The notes under the pieces: generated by a model
What the model saw: the letters and a program-made list of their open reading frames with translations, nothing else
Told to the model about the DNA's origin: nothing
Database searches by the model: none
In this document: one piece after another, positions 37,826 through 47,416 of the stretch
Numbering within the stretch: the stretch's first letter is position 1
How the letters are laid out: each line of letters begins with the position of its first letter
Source of the DNA: a virus
Taxonomy: Duplodnaviria; Caudoviricetes
Virus record (IMG/VR): IMGVR_UViG_3300020042_008421
Coordinates: 1-50,449 of that record
Length of the DNA: 50,449 nt
Direction: 5' to 3' (one strand)
Made by a program: the position numbers and the translations under genes

Positions 37826-38120
37826 TTAATATTTAGGTAATTTCTTTAAATTATTTAATTTACCTTTAAGGTGTGATGGAACGTCTACTTTACCATCTTT
37901 AATCTTTTGAGATTGAGTACCTAAATCTTCATTATTTTGCTTATTTTGTTTATCGTAATGTTCTTTCATTCTATTAAATGTAAAATTACGAAGCCAAATA
38001 GGCATATTGTAGACAGTATCCCAATCATAGCCACCTTGGCCATGAAAAACAATTTCATGAATTTGAGAAAATAAGTTAGCTCGTAGATGAGGGATTACCT
38101 CAGATGTCAGGCCAAAAAAA
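37826..38120 (-). CDS. Tail assembly chaperone C-terminal extension, probably expressed by frameshift
   Basis: +1 frame relative to the upstream gene, entered at a T7 run; reads FFGLTSEVIPHLRANLFSQIHEIVFHGQGGYDWDTVYNMPIWLR. Confidence 0.65.
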
Positions 38121-38831
38121 GCTAAGTCCGATTGGAATAGCGACCTCCTCTTCACTATTAGTAGTAAATGTTAAATCTACGTCTGGTTGAGTTTTTTTAA
38201 TATACTCTCTTAATGCTCTAGAGTCTCTAGCTAATAAATAATTATCTACAAATTCTCTAATGGTTTTAGTTTCTCTATCTCCATTAACAGATGTAATCAT
38301 ATATTTTAGACGAGTTGATAATTCTGGAGATGAATCTTTATTAATCTTCTTTAATCCGATTAGTTCTTTGTCAATTTTTTTCTCATCACCATGAGTTAGT
38401 AACTTAAATGTGATTGGAGTGTTAGTAGAAGGAAGTACAAATGAAAATTCATTTTCTCCTTTTTGGAATAATGATTCATCTATTTGTTTATTTTCTAATT
38501 TTGATAAATCAACACTATATTCTTCCCCACGATAATTGAAACTATAATCTTTACCGTAACCTAAGATACGAGCGGCTACCATAATGGCGTTTTTGTCTCC
38601 TATAATTAACTCATTATAATCAATATCAGTTACAATAAGTGACTGCATTAGTTTGTCAAGTACAGTACCGTTACTAATATAGTTTTGGTTAGTAAGAATA
38701 TCTTCTTCACGAGCGGTCATGTATTTCATTTCAATTTTACCGCTTGATAATGGGGATGTTTTTGGATAAACTAAACCCTGAGATGGAAGATCTACGACTT
38801 CCGTTGGCATTTTTATTTTATTTTCACTCAT
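38100..38831 (-). CDS. Tail/baseplate assembly chaperone (T4 gp26-like)
   Basis: VDLPSQG, MTAREEDIL, GDKNAIMVAARILGYG and C-terminal PIGLSFFWP; located upstream of the tape measure gene. Confidence 0.78.
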   Translation of the reverse strand: MSENKIKMPTEVVDLPSQGLVYPKTSPLSSGKIEMKYMTAREEDILTNQNYISNGTVLDKLMQSLIVTDIDYNELIIGDKNAIMVAARILGYGKDYSFNYRGEEYSVDLSKLENKQIDESLFQKGENEFSFVLPSTNTPITFKLLTHGDEKKIDKELIGLKKINKDSSPELSTRLKYMITSVNGDRETKTIREFVDNYLLARDSRALREYIKKTQPDVDLTFTTNSEEEVAIPIGLSFFWPDI

Positions 38832-38861
38832 ATCTTTTATTTATTATAACTTTATGTCTTA

Positions 38862-38870
38862 TATAAATAT
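38862..38870 (-). promoter_or_regulatory. Putative late promoter motif ATATTTATA
   Basis: Exact intergenic copy. Confidence 0.6.
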
Positions 38871-38886
38871 ATACTGTTTTTGTTTT

Positions 38887-40134
38887 TTAATGTCCTTCGA
38901 AATTTGTTTTCATATAAGGATAATAATTATTAGTAGGATTCCAAATTTGAGTATAGGGTTGTGGTGCTGAATTCACTCCTGATGTTAAGGTATTATGTGT
39001 AACATTACTAGCTGGGTATGTTGTAATATCGTCTATAATAGGAGCAATAAATGTAGTAGGAGCAGCATTAGATGTATCTGTGCTTAAACCTGAACCTGAA
39101 AATGATGAAGATTGAATACCTACAAATTCAGGTGAGTCAACTTGTTCTAAATATGTTGTTCCATTTGGAGTATATACTTCAGTATATTGTGAAGGTGCTC
39201 CACCAAATTCTCCTAATTGTATTGATGGGGAATTAGGTATGTTTCCATAGTTTGTAGGAGCACTTATTTCATTAGGTCTAAGAGTAGTTTGGTCAAAATC
39301 ACCATTTGAGTTATCTAATCCAGTGTTATCCAGTGTATTTACTTGACTATTGTTAGCAGGTGCGCTAATTGCATTAATTGTATTTATATATGGGTTATTC
39401 GCGTTATATGGCGTCTCATATTGTAAAGGTGAACCACCAAATCTACCAGATACTGGTTGAGGATAATCATTAGGTAAGTTTGTACTATTAGGGGTTGGAA
39501 CATTAGATATAAAACTACTATTTGTATTATCTAAACTTGTTTTATTTAATGTTGCAGTTTGTGGGGTTTCATTTATATCTACAATTGTGCTTAAATAAGT
39601 GTTACTAGCATTATAAGGTGAAACATATTGAGAAGGACCACTACCAAATTCTCCTCTAACTAATTGTGGATAATCATTAGGTGAACTTACACTATTAGGA
39701 ATTGGGGTATTAGAAATAGACGCTCCGTTAGTATTGTCTAAACTTGTTTTATTTAAAGTACTAAGTTGAGGACTGTCTGTGTCTTCAATAGGAACACTAC
39801 TTAAATAAGTGTTATTAGGTCCATATGTTTGAATATATTGAGATGATGCCCCACCAAATTCTCCTTTAGATAAGGATGAATAATCTGTACTTACTGGGGA
39901 TGTTGGTTTGTTTACATCATGGAGTCCTATAGTATTATCTAAACCTGTATTGTCTAATGTATTTACTAATGCACTTCCATTATCAGGTTGACCTACTGTT
40001 TCGTCTTCATAAGTAAGATTAGGTGAGTTAGCTTGGATAAACCCAGATTGAGGATCATTAATTGGAGTATCACCAGGAAAACTTCCTGCGCTTAATCCTG
40101 TTTGACCTTGTAATAGACGTTGTTTTAAACCCAT
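38887..40134 (-). CDS. Repeat protein of unknown function (~70 aa units)
   Basis: Four clear repeats of TLxxTxLDN...Y...GxFGxxxxQY...Y..N.Y plus degenerate flanking copies. Confidence 0.8.
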   Translation of the reverse strand: MGLKQRLLQGQTGLSAGSFPGDTPINDPQSGFIQANSPNLTYEDETVGQPDNGSALVNTLDNTGLDNTIGLHDVNKPTSPVSTDYSSLSKGEFGGASSQYIQTYGPNNTYLSSVPIEDTDSPQLSTLNKTSLDNTNGASISNTPIPNSVSSPNDYPQLVRGEFGSGPSQYVSPYNASNTYLSTIVDINETPQTATLNKTSLDNTNSSFISNVPTPNSTNLPNDYPQPVSGRFGGSPLQYETPYNANNPYINTINAISAPANNSQVNTLDNTGLDNSNGDFDQTTLRPNEISAPTNYGNIPNSPSIQLGEFGGAPSQYTEVYTPNGTTYLEQVDSPEFVGIQSSSFSGSGLSTDTSNAAPTTFIAPIIDDITTYPASNVTHNTLTSGVNSAPQPYTQIWNPTNNYYPYMKTNFEGH

Positions 40135-40144
40135 ATTATTTTAT

Positions 40145-40153
40145 TATAAATAT
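40145..40153 (-). promoter_or_regulatory. Putative late promoter motif ATATTTATA
   Basis: Exact copy immediately after the tube-gene terminator. Confidence 0.62.
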
Positions 40154-40156
40154 TAG

Positions 40157-40190
40157 AAAAAAGAAAGCTCGCAAAATGCGAGCTCTTTTT
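40157..40190 (-). terminator. Intrinsic terminator after the tail tube gene
   Basis: 8 bp stem AGCTCGCA-TTT-TGCGAGCT followed by TTCTTTTTT; the opposite strand also has a T tract. Confidence 0.85.
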
Positions 40191-40208
40191 ATTGTTAAGT
40201 AGTGAGTA

Positions 40209-40697
40209 TTAGAAGTTCAATACACAGTAATCCATTCCAACAGTCATTGTGATGTTCACAGCATGATCTGCGGTATCCCAGTTATAATCACCGAAGTTGG
40301 CTTCTTTAATAAATGCGCCTTTAATAATCCATTCACTAACTACGTCTCCTACAGGTCCTAAAACGTCTAATACTAAGTCCTTTTTATAAAAGTCAGAGTA
40401 ACCATCTCTACCTGTTACAGATTCGTGATGTAAACGAACCCATTCCATTACTGATTGAGCTCCAGATGGGGTGATTGGATCAAATAATGTCATTTGAATG
40501 TCACCCCAAGTAGTTTTACCTTTAACTTTTCTGTAAACATTAATATGATTTAATACTACTTCACCTTGAGTTACAGTAACTGCGTTTACGCCTTTTACTA
40601 TGTAACTAGGAACACCATCCATATAAAGGATGAATCGGTTAGCCTGTTTTGGTTCAAAGGCTGTGAAGAATATCTCGTTTGCGTCTAATATTGCCAT
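40209..40697 (-). CDS. Tail tube protein (T4 gp19-like)
   Basis: 162 aa after the sheath gene; FEPKQANRF, VMEWVR, YKKD..L..LGP.G...EW.IKGAF. Confidence 0.9.
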   Translation of the reverse strand: MAILDANEIFFTAFEPKQANRFILYMDGVPSYIVKGVNAVTVTQGEVVLNHINVYRKVKGKTTWGDIQMTLFDPITPSGAQSVMEWVRLHHESVTGRDGYSDFYKKDLVLDVLGPVGDVVSEWIIKGAFIKEANFGDYNWDTADHAVNITMTVGMDYCVLNF

Positions 40698-40711
40698 GTT
40701 TTTCTATTTAT

Positions 40712-40720
40712 TATAAATAT
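40712..40720 (-). promoter_or_regulatory. Putative late promoter motif ATATTTATA
   Basis: Exact intergenic copy. Confidence 0.62.
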
Positions 40721-40735
40721 CTATATAATTAATCT

Positions 40736-42475
40736 TTATGCTGGGAAGGTAGCTCCAGTTGGTGTAACGTTAAAGTCTAAGTAAATGAATTCAGCAGTTT
40801 TAGTTGGTTGGATATAAATTCCACCGTTTAATTGGTTTCTATCTATGTCAGCAGCTGTGTTATTACTTTCATCCATTACTACTTTAAACGCATACAATCC
40901 TTGTCTTTGTTGAACACTTTCCAAGTATGGGTTAACTTGTGCCAAGAAATTATTTCTTGTTGTAGTTGTATTTTGTTCAAATACTAAGTTATTAGCAACT
41001 TGAGAAATATAGTTTTTAAGAGCAATCAACAAGCGACGAACATTTACACGGTCTAAAGCTGATGCTTGGGTTTGTAGTGTTTTTTGACCGTATACTACTA
41101 CACCTTGCCCTGGGAAGGTAGCAATTGGATTTACTTTGTTTTGATATAAAGTATCTCTATCGGTTTGAGATAATTTTCTTTCAGCTCTGATTACTGATAA
41201 TCCACCTCTGTTTATACCTGCTGGTGCAAACCATGGTTCAGCTATTTTATCATTATAAGCATATACTCCACCTATTACAGTTGAAGCAGGTACCCAAACG
41301 TTTCTTCCACTATCTGGGTCTTGAGTTTGAACCCAAGGCCAATATGAAGCAGCGTATGATGTATTTCTTGAAATAGCTTGGCCTGTAATTTGTGAGATTG
41401 TAGCTCCGTAAGTATATAAATCATTTACAAAAATAAAATCACCACGATCTTCAGCAACACTTATTATGTTAGTTATTAATCCTGTTTGTAGGCTGTTAAA
41501 TAATCCAGGTGCTAGTAATATATTAAACTTATAATCATCTTTATTAGATAATAAGTTAATCATATCTGGGTATCCTTGTCCGTTGTTTGAAGCAATTGGA
41601 ATACCTTGAGCTTTATCCACTGTTATAATTCCATCATAATACTCAGATCCTGCTCCTAATACTCCAGTTGCGTTTCTAAATGATCCACTTCTATTAATTG
41701 GAATAGAAGCAGTATATTGTGATTTAGGAATACCTGTATTATCAAAATAATTAGGAGTAGTCACTACTGATTTTACTTTAACGTAATTTGAACCTCCAGG
41801 ATAAGATCCAGTTGTTTGTAAATAATATGATGTACCATCTTGAACAAAAGTTTGGGTTTGATCACCTATAACTTTAGATACAAAATTTGGAGAAAATGGA
41901 TCTAAAGATAAGTTAGTCCAAGTTTCTAATACAGTTTGGTTTAAAGTATTATCATTTCCTTTACGAATTAATAAACTAAATGTTCCAGAAGATGTATTCC
42001 AGTTAGAAATTTGATATCTAAGATTATCAGCTGATCCACTAAGTAATGATCCACTAGCATCTAAAGAGCTTGAACTGTTTTGATCTGCTCCTTTAGCAAT
42101 AGTTTCTAATACTAATACTGGGTTTGATGCACCTGCGCTTCCACTTATGCTATCACCACTAGTTCCAGTGTTAGCAGATGTATAAGATCCACTTACTACT
42201 CGAGATACTAATAATGAAGTTCCTCCATTAGTAAAGTAATTATATGCTGCTATAGATGTAAAATAAGTTAAGATATCGCTATTACTACCACTTGTAAATG
42301 TAGTTCCAAATTTTTGTTGGAATTGGCTATAAGTAGTAACTATTGTAGGTATACCAACAGGTCCTTTCACAGTTGGACCTATAATAGCTGCCCCAGCTTG
42401 AACAGGTTGCGAAGTTACTTGTGAAGTATCATTTTCTCTCGCTAATACACCTGGTGATATTAATGTTTCTGCCAT
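40736..42475 (-). CDS. Contractile tail sheath protein (T4 gp18-like)
   Basis: SPGV..RE.D, GPTVKGP, YWPW, PWFAPAGINRG, GQKTL, RVNVRRLL, FEQN and PTKTAEFI. Confidence 0.95.
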   Translation of the reverse strand: MAETLISPGVLARENDTSQVTSQPVQAGAAIIGPTVKGPVGIPTIVTTYSQFQQKFGTTFTSGSNSDILTYFTSIAAYNYFTNGGTSLLVSRVVSGSYTSANTGTSGDSISGSAGASNPVLVLETIAKGADQNSSSSLDASGSLLSGSADNLRYQISNWNTSSGTFSLLIRKGNDNTLNQTVLETWTNLSLDPFSPNFVSKVIGDQTQTFVQDGTSYYLQTTGSYPGGSNYVKVKSVVTTPNYFDNTGIPKSQYTASIPINRSGSFRNATGVLGAGSEYYDGIITVDKAQGIPIASNNGQGYPDMINLLSNKDDYKFNILLAPGLFNSLQTGLITNIISVAEDRGDFIFVNDLYTYGATISQITGQAISRNTSYAASYWPWVQTQDPDSGRNVWVPASTVIGGVYAYNDKIAEPWFAPAGINRGGLSVIRAERKLSQTDRDTLYQNKVNPIATFPGQGVVVYGQKTLQTQASALDRVNVRRLLIALKNYISQVANNLVFEQNTTTTRNNFLAQVNPYLESVQQRQGLYAFKVVMDESNNTAADIDRNQLNGGIYIQPTKTAEFIYLDFNVTPTGATFPA

Positions 42476-42499
42476 GTTTTGTTATGTGTTTGATTTTAT

Positions 42500-42508
42500 T
42501 ATAAATAT
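42500..42508 (-). promoter_or_regulatory. Putative late promoter motif ATATTTATA
   Basis: Exact intergenic copy. Confidence 0.62.
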
Positions 42509-42525
42509 CTTAAGAAATGTCAAAA

Positions 42526-42777
42526 TTATGAAACAGGAGTAAATTCTCCTTTTTCTAAATTAATATTTCCTTCACCATATTTTTCTTGTAATTCTTTTCC
42601 TATCTTAACCTCACTTTCAATTTGAATAGCAATTTCATTTTTTAGGAATTGTTTTCTAGATTCTAAAATAGTAATTTGATATTCAAGATCACCTAAAGCT
42701 GCTACTAATGAGGATTGGTTTTCTTGTAATGTTTTTAATGATTGGATTTCTTCTTGTGTTAAAACTTTTGTTTCCAT
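42526..42777 (-). CDS. Small coiled-coil hypothetical protein
   Basis: 83 aa with a heptad pattern, ending KYGEGNINLEKGEF. Confidence 0.8.
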   Translation of the reverse strand: METKVLTQEEIQSLKTLQENQSSLVAALGDLEYQITILESRKQFLKNEIAIQIESEVKIGKELQEKYGEGNINLEKGEFTPVS

Positions 42778-42789
42778 AAATTATTTTAT

Positions 42790-42798
42790 TATAAATAT
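42790..42798 (-). promoter_or_regulatory. Putative late promoter motif ATATTTATA
   Basis: Exact intergenic copy. Confidence 0.6.
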
Positions 42799-42799
42799 A

Positions 42800-43729
42800 T
42801 TATTGATTTGTCAAATTATTTAAATTACTAACTGCTTCCGCTGTAAAATTAAGTATACTTCTATTAGAAAATTTCTTTATTGAATTTATATCTTTTTGTA
42901 TAATATCAGGGATTATATATCCATGCATTCTAAGTGTGAATGTACTTTTAACTATTCTTTCACTACTATCAGCTAATTCAATAGTCCCAGTAAATGAATC
43001 AACATTTGTTTTAAATTTAAAACGTTCTGGGTCACCCCAGTAAGCATCCGCAGCATACTCTACAGCTTCAATAATTTTATTTAATTGTTCATTATAATAA
43101 GTAAATACAGCACATTCATAAGTAACTGTTAGATAATCAGGCACAACTGTAGCGTAGTATGTTTCTTCAGGTTTAATACCATTTAAAGCATTAAAATTAC
43201 TATAAGCATTACTTTTGCCGTATTTTTTACCTGTAACGGCTATATTATGAGGATCATTAGCATCTAATTTATTTGCTAAGGTTCTGTTTCTTTCAATGTT
43301 ATTTCTTTTAAACATTAATAATGGAGCCATTATTCTACCATTTAAATCTCTATAATACCCATCTTTTTGGAATGATTTCCATTTCTCAGGTGAACCATAT
43401 ATCACAGGTACTGGTATTGATTCTCCATTTTGTAGCACTGTGGGTTTAATCACATTTTGAAAATAATACATTATTGCCCAATCTAAATCTTCTAAACCTA
43501 TTGAAAAAGGTTTTACTGTATCATCTTTAAATGAGGTTTGATCTGCTCTATTAAATGTAGATTCAGGATTTGGGTTACCTGTGTAGTTAAATCCAGCCGC
43601 GTTGAAGTTAGGGATAGGATTAAGATTCTCATCTAAAATGAATGGTGGGTCACTAGGTTTATAAGGCTCCTGTAAAGAAATACTTATCTCTCTTTGGGTT
43701 TTAGGTATTGGTTTTCTTGTTTCAGCCAT
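42800..43729 (-). CDS. Tail terminator / sheath stabiliser (T4 gp15-like)
   Basis: VPVIYGSPEKW motif; located between the neck and sheath genes. Confidence 0.72.
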   Translation of the reverse strand: MAETRKPIPKTQREISISLQEPYKPSDPPFILDENLNPIPNFNAAGFNYTGNPNPESTFNRADQTSFKDDTVKPFSIGLEDLDWAIMYYFQNVIKPTVLQNGESIPVPVIYGSPEKWKSFQKDGYYRDLNGRIMAPLLMFKRNNIERNRTLANKLDANDPHNIAVTGKKYGKSNAYSNFNALNGIKPEETYYATVVPDYLTVTYECAVFTYYNEQLNKIIEAVEYAADAYWGDPERFKFKTNVDSFTGTIELADSSERIVKSTFTLRMHGYIIPDIIQKDINSIKKFSNRSILNFTAEAVSNLNNLTNQ

Positions 43730-44238
43730 TATAATCTTTGTTTAATAATATTAACGCGATCTGTTGGTATGTAATGTGTTTCACAGATTAGACTTACATT
43801 ATATCCAAATTGATCTAAACCTGGATTTAGTGGGTTTTGAGAGTATGGGTAGTCAGGATCTTTACCAGCGAAATATTGAGTGTGAACTGTATTATCTATT
43901 TCAAAATATGATTCTTGATATAAAAGTACATCACCTACTTCTGGTATTATATTCGCGTCTGTTAAATCATCTACTAAGAATGCTACTTTAATACTCCAAT
44001 CAAAATCAACACCAAATTCACTTGTAGGACTTGCATTATCAGCTACCTCAATTAAAGCATTTAATAATATTGGACCAGTAAAAAATTTACCACCAGATGA
44101 TTCACCATACATGTTTACTTTAGTTTTATCTAAAACATACTTATATATAGCAACTTGTTGAGTAATAATATCTCCTAGTAACTCTCTGTTTATTTTTCTA
44201 AACATTGAAATATCTCTTGCTCCTCCAAATAGTGCCAT
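43729..44238 (-). CDS. Neck / head-closure protein (T4 gp14-like)
   Basis: NMYGES, PEVGDVL and YFEI; gp13-gp14-gp15 synteny. Confidence 0.7.
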   Translation of the reverse strand: MALFGGARDISMFRKINRELLGDIITQQVAIYKYVLDKTKVNMYGESSGGKFFTGPILLNALIEVADNASPTSEFGVDFDWSIKVAFLVDDLTDANIIPEVGDVLLYQESYFEIDNTVHTQYFAGKDPDYPYSQNPLNPGLDQFGYNVSLICETHYIPTDRVNIIKQRL

Positions 44239-45416
44239 TATCCGATAAATATAGTCATTGGTACATTGTTAATTTCTTGTCTTCTAAAATCACTTTCTTG
44301 AGAACGTCTTTCTAATTGTGATTTTTTAGACATATCTCCTAAATATGCTCTTAATCTTTCTAATAATGCTGCTTTATCTGTAGTAGCAGAGGCTAATAAA
44401 TCAGATTGATTTAAAGTCATATTTTGATCAGGAATAGGAACAGTAGAGTATTTACCTCTAACATATCCTAACATTTCTTTACATAATGCTAAACAATATT
44501 CAAATATCCATTGACGTCCAATAGAATTAATTAAACTATATGTTGGGTTAGAATATGGGGCATTTGAAGGATTTGTTACTAAATAATCAGGATTATTTGC
44601 ACTTCCCCCAGGTTGTCCAATACTATTGTTTAATCTATCTTGTACCTTAATATATTCAAACCATAAAAATCCATCTCTAACATCTTGGTCTGATGGTATA
44701 GGGAATACTTTTATTTTATTATTTATAATATTAAAGGTGTAAGCTGATAAGCGAATTGTGTTACTTAATTCTATACCTTGAATTACTGCAGCGTCATACG
44801 CTACAGGCATCATTAAATATCCGCCTCCATATCCTCCACCATACATTCCACCATATAAACCTGCTGCTGGTACTCCTCCTAATCCTCCAAATCCTCCAAA
44901 TGGAGCATACATTTGACTTGTAGCTGGTAGATTTTGATAAAATACAGATTTAATTTCTATCCCACCAGTGATATTATTATCAGTAGCCCATGTTCCTAAA
45001 TCATATTCTTGTACACTTGAGGTTAAAGCTAATGCTCCACTATAATAAGTTACATTTCCACCAGCACCAGCTTCCGAAGCATATTGTTGGGACACACGTA
45101 TTACTGTCGCCATATTAGGCGTAATAAGTGCGTTATTTACACTTGTATCCGCAGGTGCACCCTCTAGTGTTAACATATTATCTAATGCTTGAAAAGCGTA
45201 GATTTCATTACCATATGTAGTGACTGCTTCTTCAAAAGCAGCGTAGAAGTTTAAATCTTGTAATTCAACTTCCATAATGGGATATCCTAATCGACGAGCA
45301 CAAAATGTAGCTACTTTATCAGCGTCAATTTGAAATTGATAATCATAGTCATAGAACCCAAATGGAGTACTCCCAGGAATGAATGAGCTAGAGCCTGGGT
45401 ATATAGGAATATTCAT
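44238..45416 (-). CDS. Neck / head-tail adaptor protein (T4 gp13-like)
   Basis: RRLGYPIMEVEL, WIFEYCLALCKEMLG..RGKY and C-terminal IFIG. Confidence 0.82.
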   Translation of the reverse strand: MNIPIYPGSSSFIPGSTPFGFYDYDYQFQIDADKVATFCARRLGYPIMEVELQDLNFYAAFEEAVTTYGNEIYAFQALDNMLTLEGAPADTSVNNALITPNMATVIRVSQQYASEAGAGGNVTYYSGALALTSSVQEYDLGTWATDNNITGGIEIKSVFYQNLPATSQMYAPFGGFGGLGGVPAAGLYGGMYGGGYGGGYLMMPVAYDAAVIQGIELSNTIRLSAYTFNIINNKIKVFPIPSDQDVRDGFLWFEYIKVQDRLNNSIGQPGGSANNPDYLVTNPSNAPYSNPTYSLINSIGRQWIFEYCLALCKEMLGYVRGKYSTVPIPDQNMTLNQSDLLASATTDKAALLERLRAYLGDMSKKSQLERRSQESDFRRQEINNVPMTIFIG

Positions 45417-45430
45417 GTGTTAGATTTTGT

Positions 45431-45439
45431 TATAAATAT
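45431..45439 (-). promoter_or_regulatory. Putative late promoter motif ATATTTATA
   Basis: Exact intergenic copy. Confidence 0.62.
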
Positions 45440-45459
45440 ACAAAACTAAATGAATTATA

Positions 45460-45681
45460 TTAGTCTGGGAAAGGTGGTTCTGGTGGGGTGTCTTCTAATG
45501 CTGTATTTTCCACTATGATAGGCTCTTGGTGTTGATGTCCATATACATCTAAAGCAGTAATAAGTTCTTCTTTAGTATCGTAAAAGAATAAATTAGGTTG
45601 CCCTGTTGTTATTTGCCATTCTTCTTCCATTGATCCATAGTGGAAGACGTCTACTTCGTTTGTTGCTAAATACCACTTCAT
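45460..45681 (-). CDS. Small hypothetical protein
   Basis: 73 aa, TAATG-coupled to the DUF285 gene. Confidence 0.72.
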   Translation of the reverse strand: MKWYLATNEVDVFHYGSMEEEWQITTGQPNLFFYDTKEELITALDVYGHQHQEPIIVENTALEDTPPEPPFPD

Positions 45682-47414
45682 TATACTTGTCCTCCATCGG
45701 TTATTGTCCAGTTATTAGGTGCAGATGTTAATATTGCTCTAGAAGCAGAGGCAGCCGCTGTGTATCGTATTGAGCCAAAATTAGTAGATATATTTGGTTT
45801 AACTGGTCTCGAAGCCCATCCTATCAATAATGTATCGTAGTTAGCAGTAGAGTAGTCGCTAAAGGTCTTACCGAACATAAAGTTGGCTACCGTAGTAGAT
45901 GAGGACACATTCCAGTTAGAAAGAGGTTGATTAAAGCCTGTCGCTGAGTAGAATACATTAGACATATCTGTTACTTTGCTTGTGTCCCATGAATTAACAG
46001 GTTGGTTAAATAAGGCTTGATTTCTAAATAAACCAGACATATTAGTCACCTTACTAGTGTTCCAGTTATTAATTGCACTTGAACCACCATTATTAAATAC
46101 ACCTGGCGTACCGGAGCAGTAAAACACACCATCCATTGTCAGGACGTTGCTTGTGTTCCAAGCTCCTACATTTTGATCAAACAATCTACAACCAACAAGC
46201 ATTGATGTCATGGTAGTAACCTTACCCGTATTCCACAAACCTATGGATGGTGAACCAGCATTATTAAATGCTTTATCTATTCCTCCAGCTATAAAAAATG
46301 CCATGTCTGTTACATTAGATACATCCCATAGACCGACTTCTTGATTGAAGTATGGTTGTCTTTGAAACATAGCTCTTAGTGTAGTTACTTTAGAAGTATT
46401 CCAGTTTTTCATAGAACTACTACCATTGTTGTTAAATGACCCAGTACCGCTGTTACCTATACCAAGAAAGCTAGACAAGTTAGTCACGTTGCTGACGTTC
46501 CACTTTCCAATTTCTTGATTAAATTGATTTTGATTAAAGAGCATACCAGCCATACTTGTGGCTTTGCCGGTATCCCAATTTGATATGTCTTGATTAAATG
46601 CTCCACTAGGAGTAGTATTTGCTTGATAAAACATGAAATCAAAAATACTAGCACTACTTACATTCCAGTTACCAATAGGTTGATTGAAGTTTGGAGTGTA
46701 TAGAAACATCTGACTAAAGGTAGTCACTTGACTTGTATCCCAATTACCAATAGAAGGACTACCTCCGTTATTAAAGGAGTGCGTAATAGTTGTGAGACCC
46801 AACCCAAACATATTATCCATATTAGCAACTCTACCCGTATTCCACGAACCTATGTTTTGGTTAAACCGGTATGCTTGATAAAAAGTTTGTCCCATGTATT
46901 GAACTTGGCTGGTGTCCCATTGGTCAAGTCTGCTAATGCTAGTTAATAGAGAGCAGGATCTAAACATAACAGCCATTGAGGCACTAAATCCGGGAAGTAC
47001 GTTTTTTGCGTATAGGTTTGGTGTGTCTGATATGTTGTTTAGGGTCAAGGCATCGCATCCATAGAATTGAGATCCAACTGACGATAGCTTCAAACCTCCC
47101 CATTGTGATATGTTGATTATTTTTCTTCTATCTCCAGTATTAGTAAATCGAAATCCCTTAATGTAACCGCTCATTGTGACATTGTACGTTCCGGCAGTGG
47201 CGTATGAGTGTGTCACTTCTGGTTGATTATACGACGTTATTACGTTGCTAGTACCATCGCCCCAGTAGACTGTGAAGTTGTAGGAGCCGCTTATGTGCAA
47301 GGGTATCGCTATTTGATTAGCGGCACTTGATCCTGCAGATGTGTTGTCCGTCTTCCAAGTTGAATTGAAAGTATTAGGTTTTGAATTTACTATACTTCTA
47401 TTTGCTCTAGCCAT
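45681..47414 (-). CDS. DUF285 / BspA-like repeat protein with a PKD-like N-terminal domain
   Basis: VYWGDG..HSYATAGTY, then many FNQxIGxW(N/D)(T/V)SxVxxMxxMF repeats. Confidence 0.88.
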   Translation of the reverse strand: MARANRSIVNSKPNTFNSTWKTDNTSAGSSAANQIAIPLHISGSYNFTVYWGDGTSNVITSYNQPEVTHSYATAGTYNVTMSGYIKGFRFTNTGDRRKIINISQWGGLKLSSVGSQFYGCDALTLNNISDTPNLYAKNVLPGFSASMAVMFRSCSLLTSISRLDQWDTSQVQYMGQTFYQAYRFNQNIGSWNTGRVANMDNMFGLGLTTITHSFNNGGSPSIGNWDTSQVTTFSQMFLYTPNFNQPIGNWNVSSASIFDFMFYQANTTPSGAFNQDISNWDTGKATSMAGMLFNQNQFNQEIGKWNVSNVTNLSSFLGIGNSGTGSFNNNGSSSMKNWNTSKVTTLRAMFQRQPYFNQEVGLWDVSNVTDMAFFIAGGIDKAFNNAGSPSIGLWNTGKVTTMTSMLVGCRLFDQNVGAWNTSNVLTMDGVFYCSGTPGVFNNGGSSAINNWNTSKVTNMSGLFRNQALFNQPVNSWDTSKVTDMSNVFYSATGFNQPLSNWNVSSSTTVANFMFGKTFSDYSTANYDTLLIGWASRPVKPNISTNFGSIRYTAAASASRAILTSAPNNWTITDGGQV

Positions 47415-47416
47415 GA

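Noticed and set aside
42497-42815. Two TTGACA...TATAAT pairs upstream of the sheath and 83 aa genes
   Set aside because: The spacers are 14 and 15 nt, too short for sigma70, and the TATAAT is part of the late motif.
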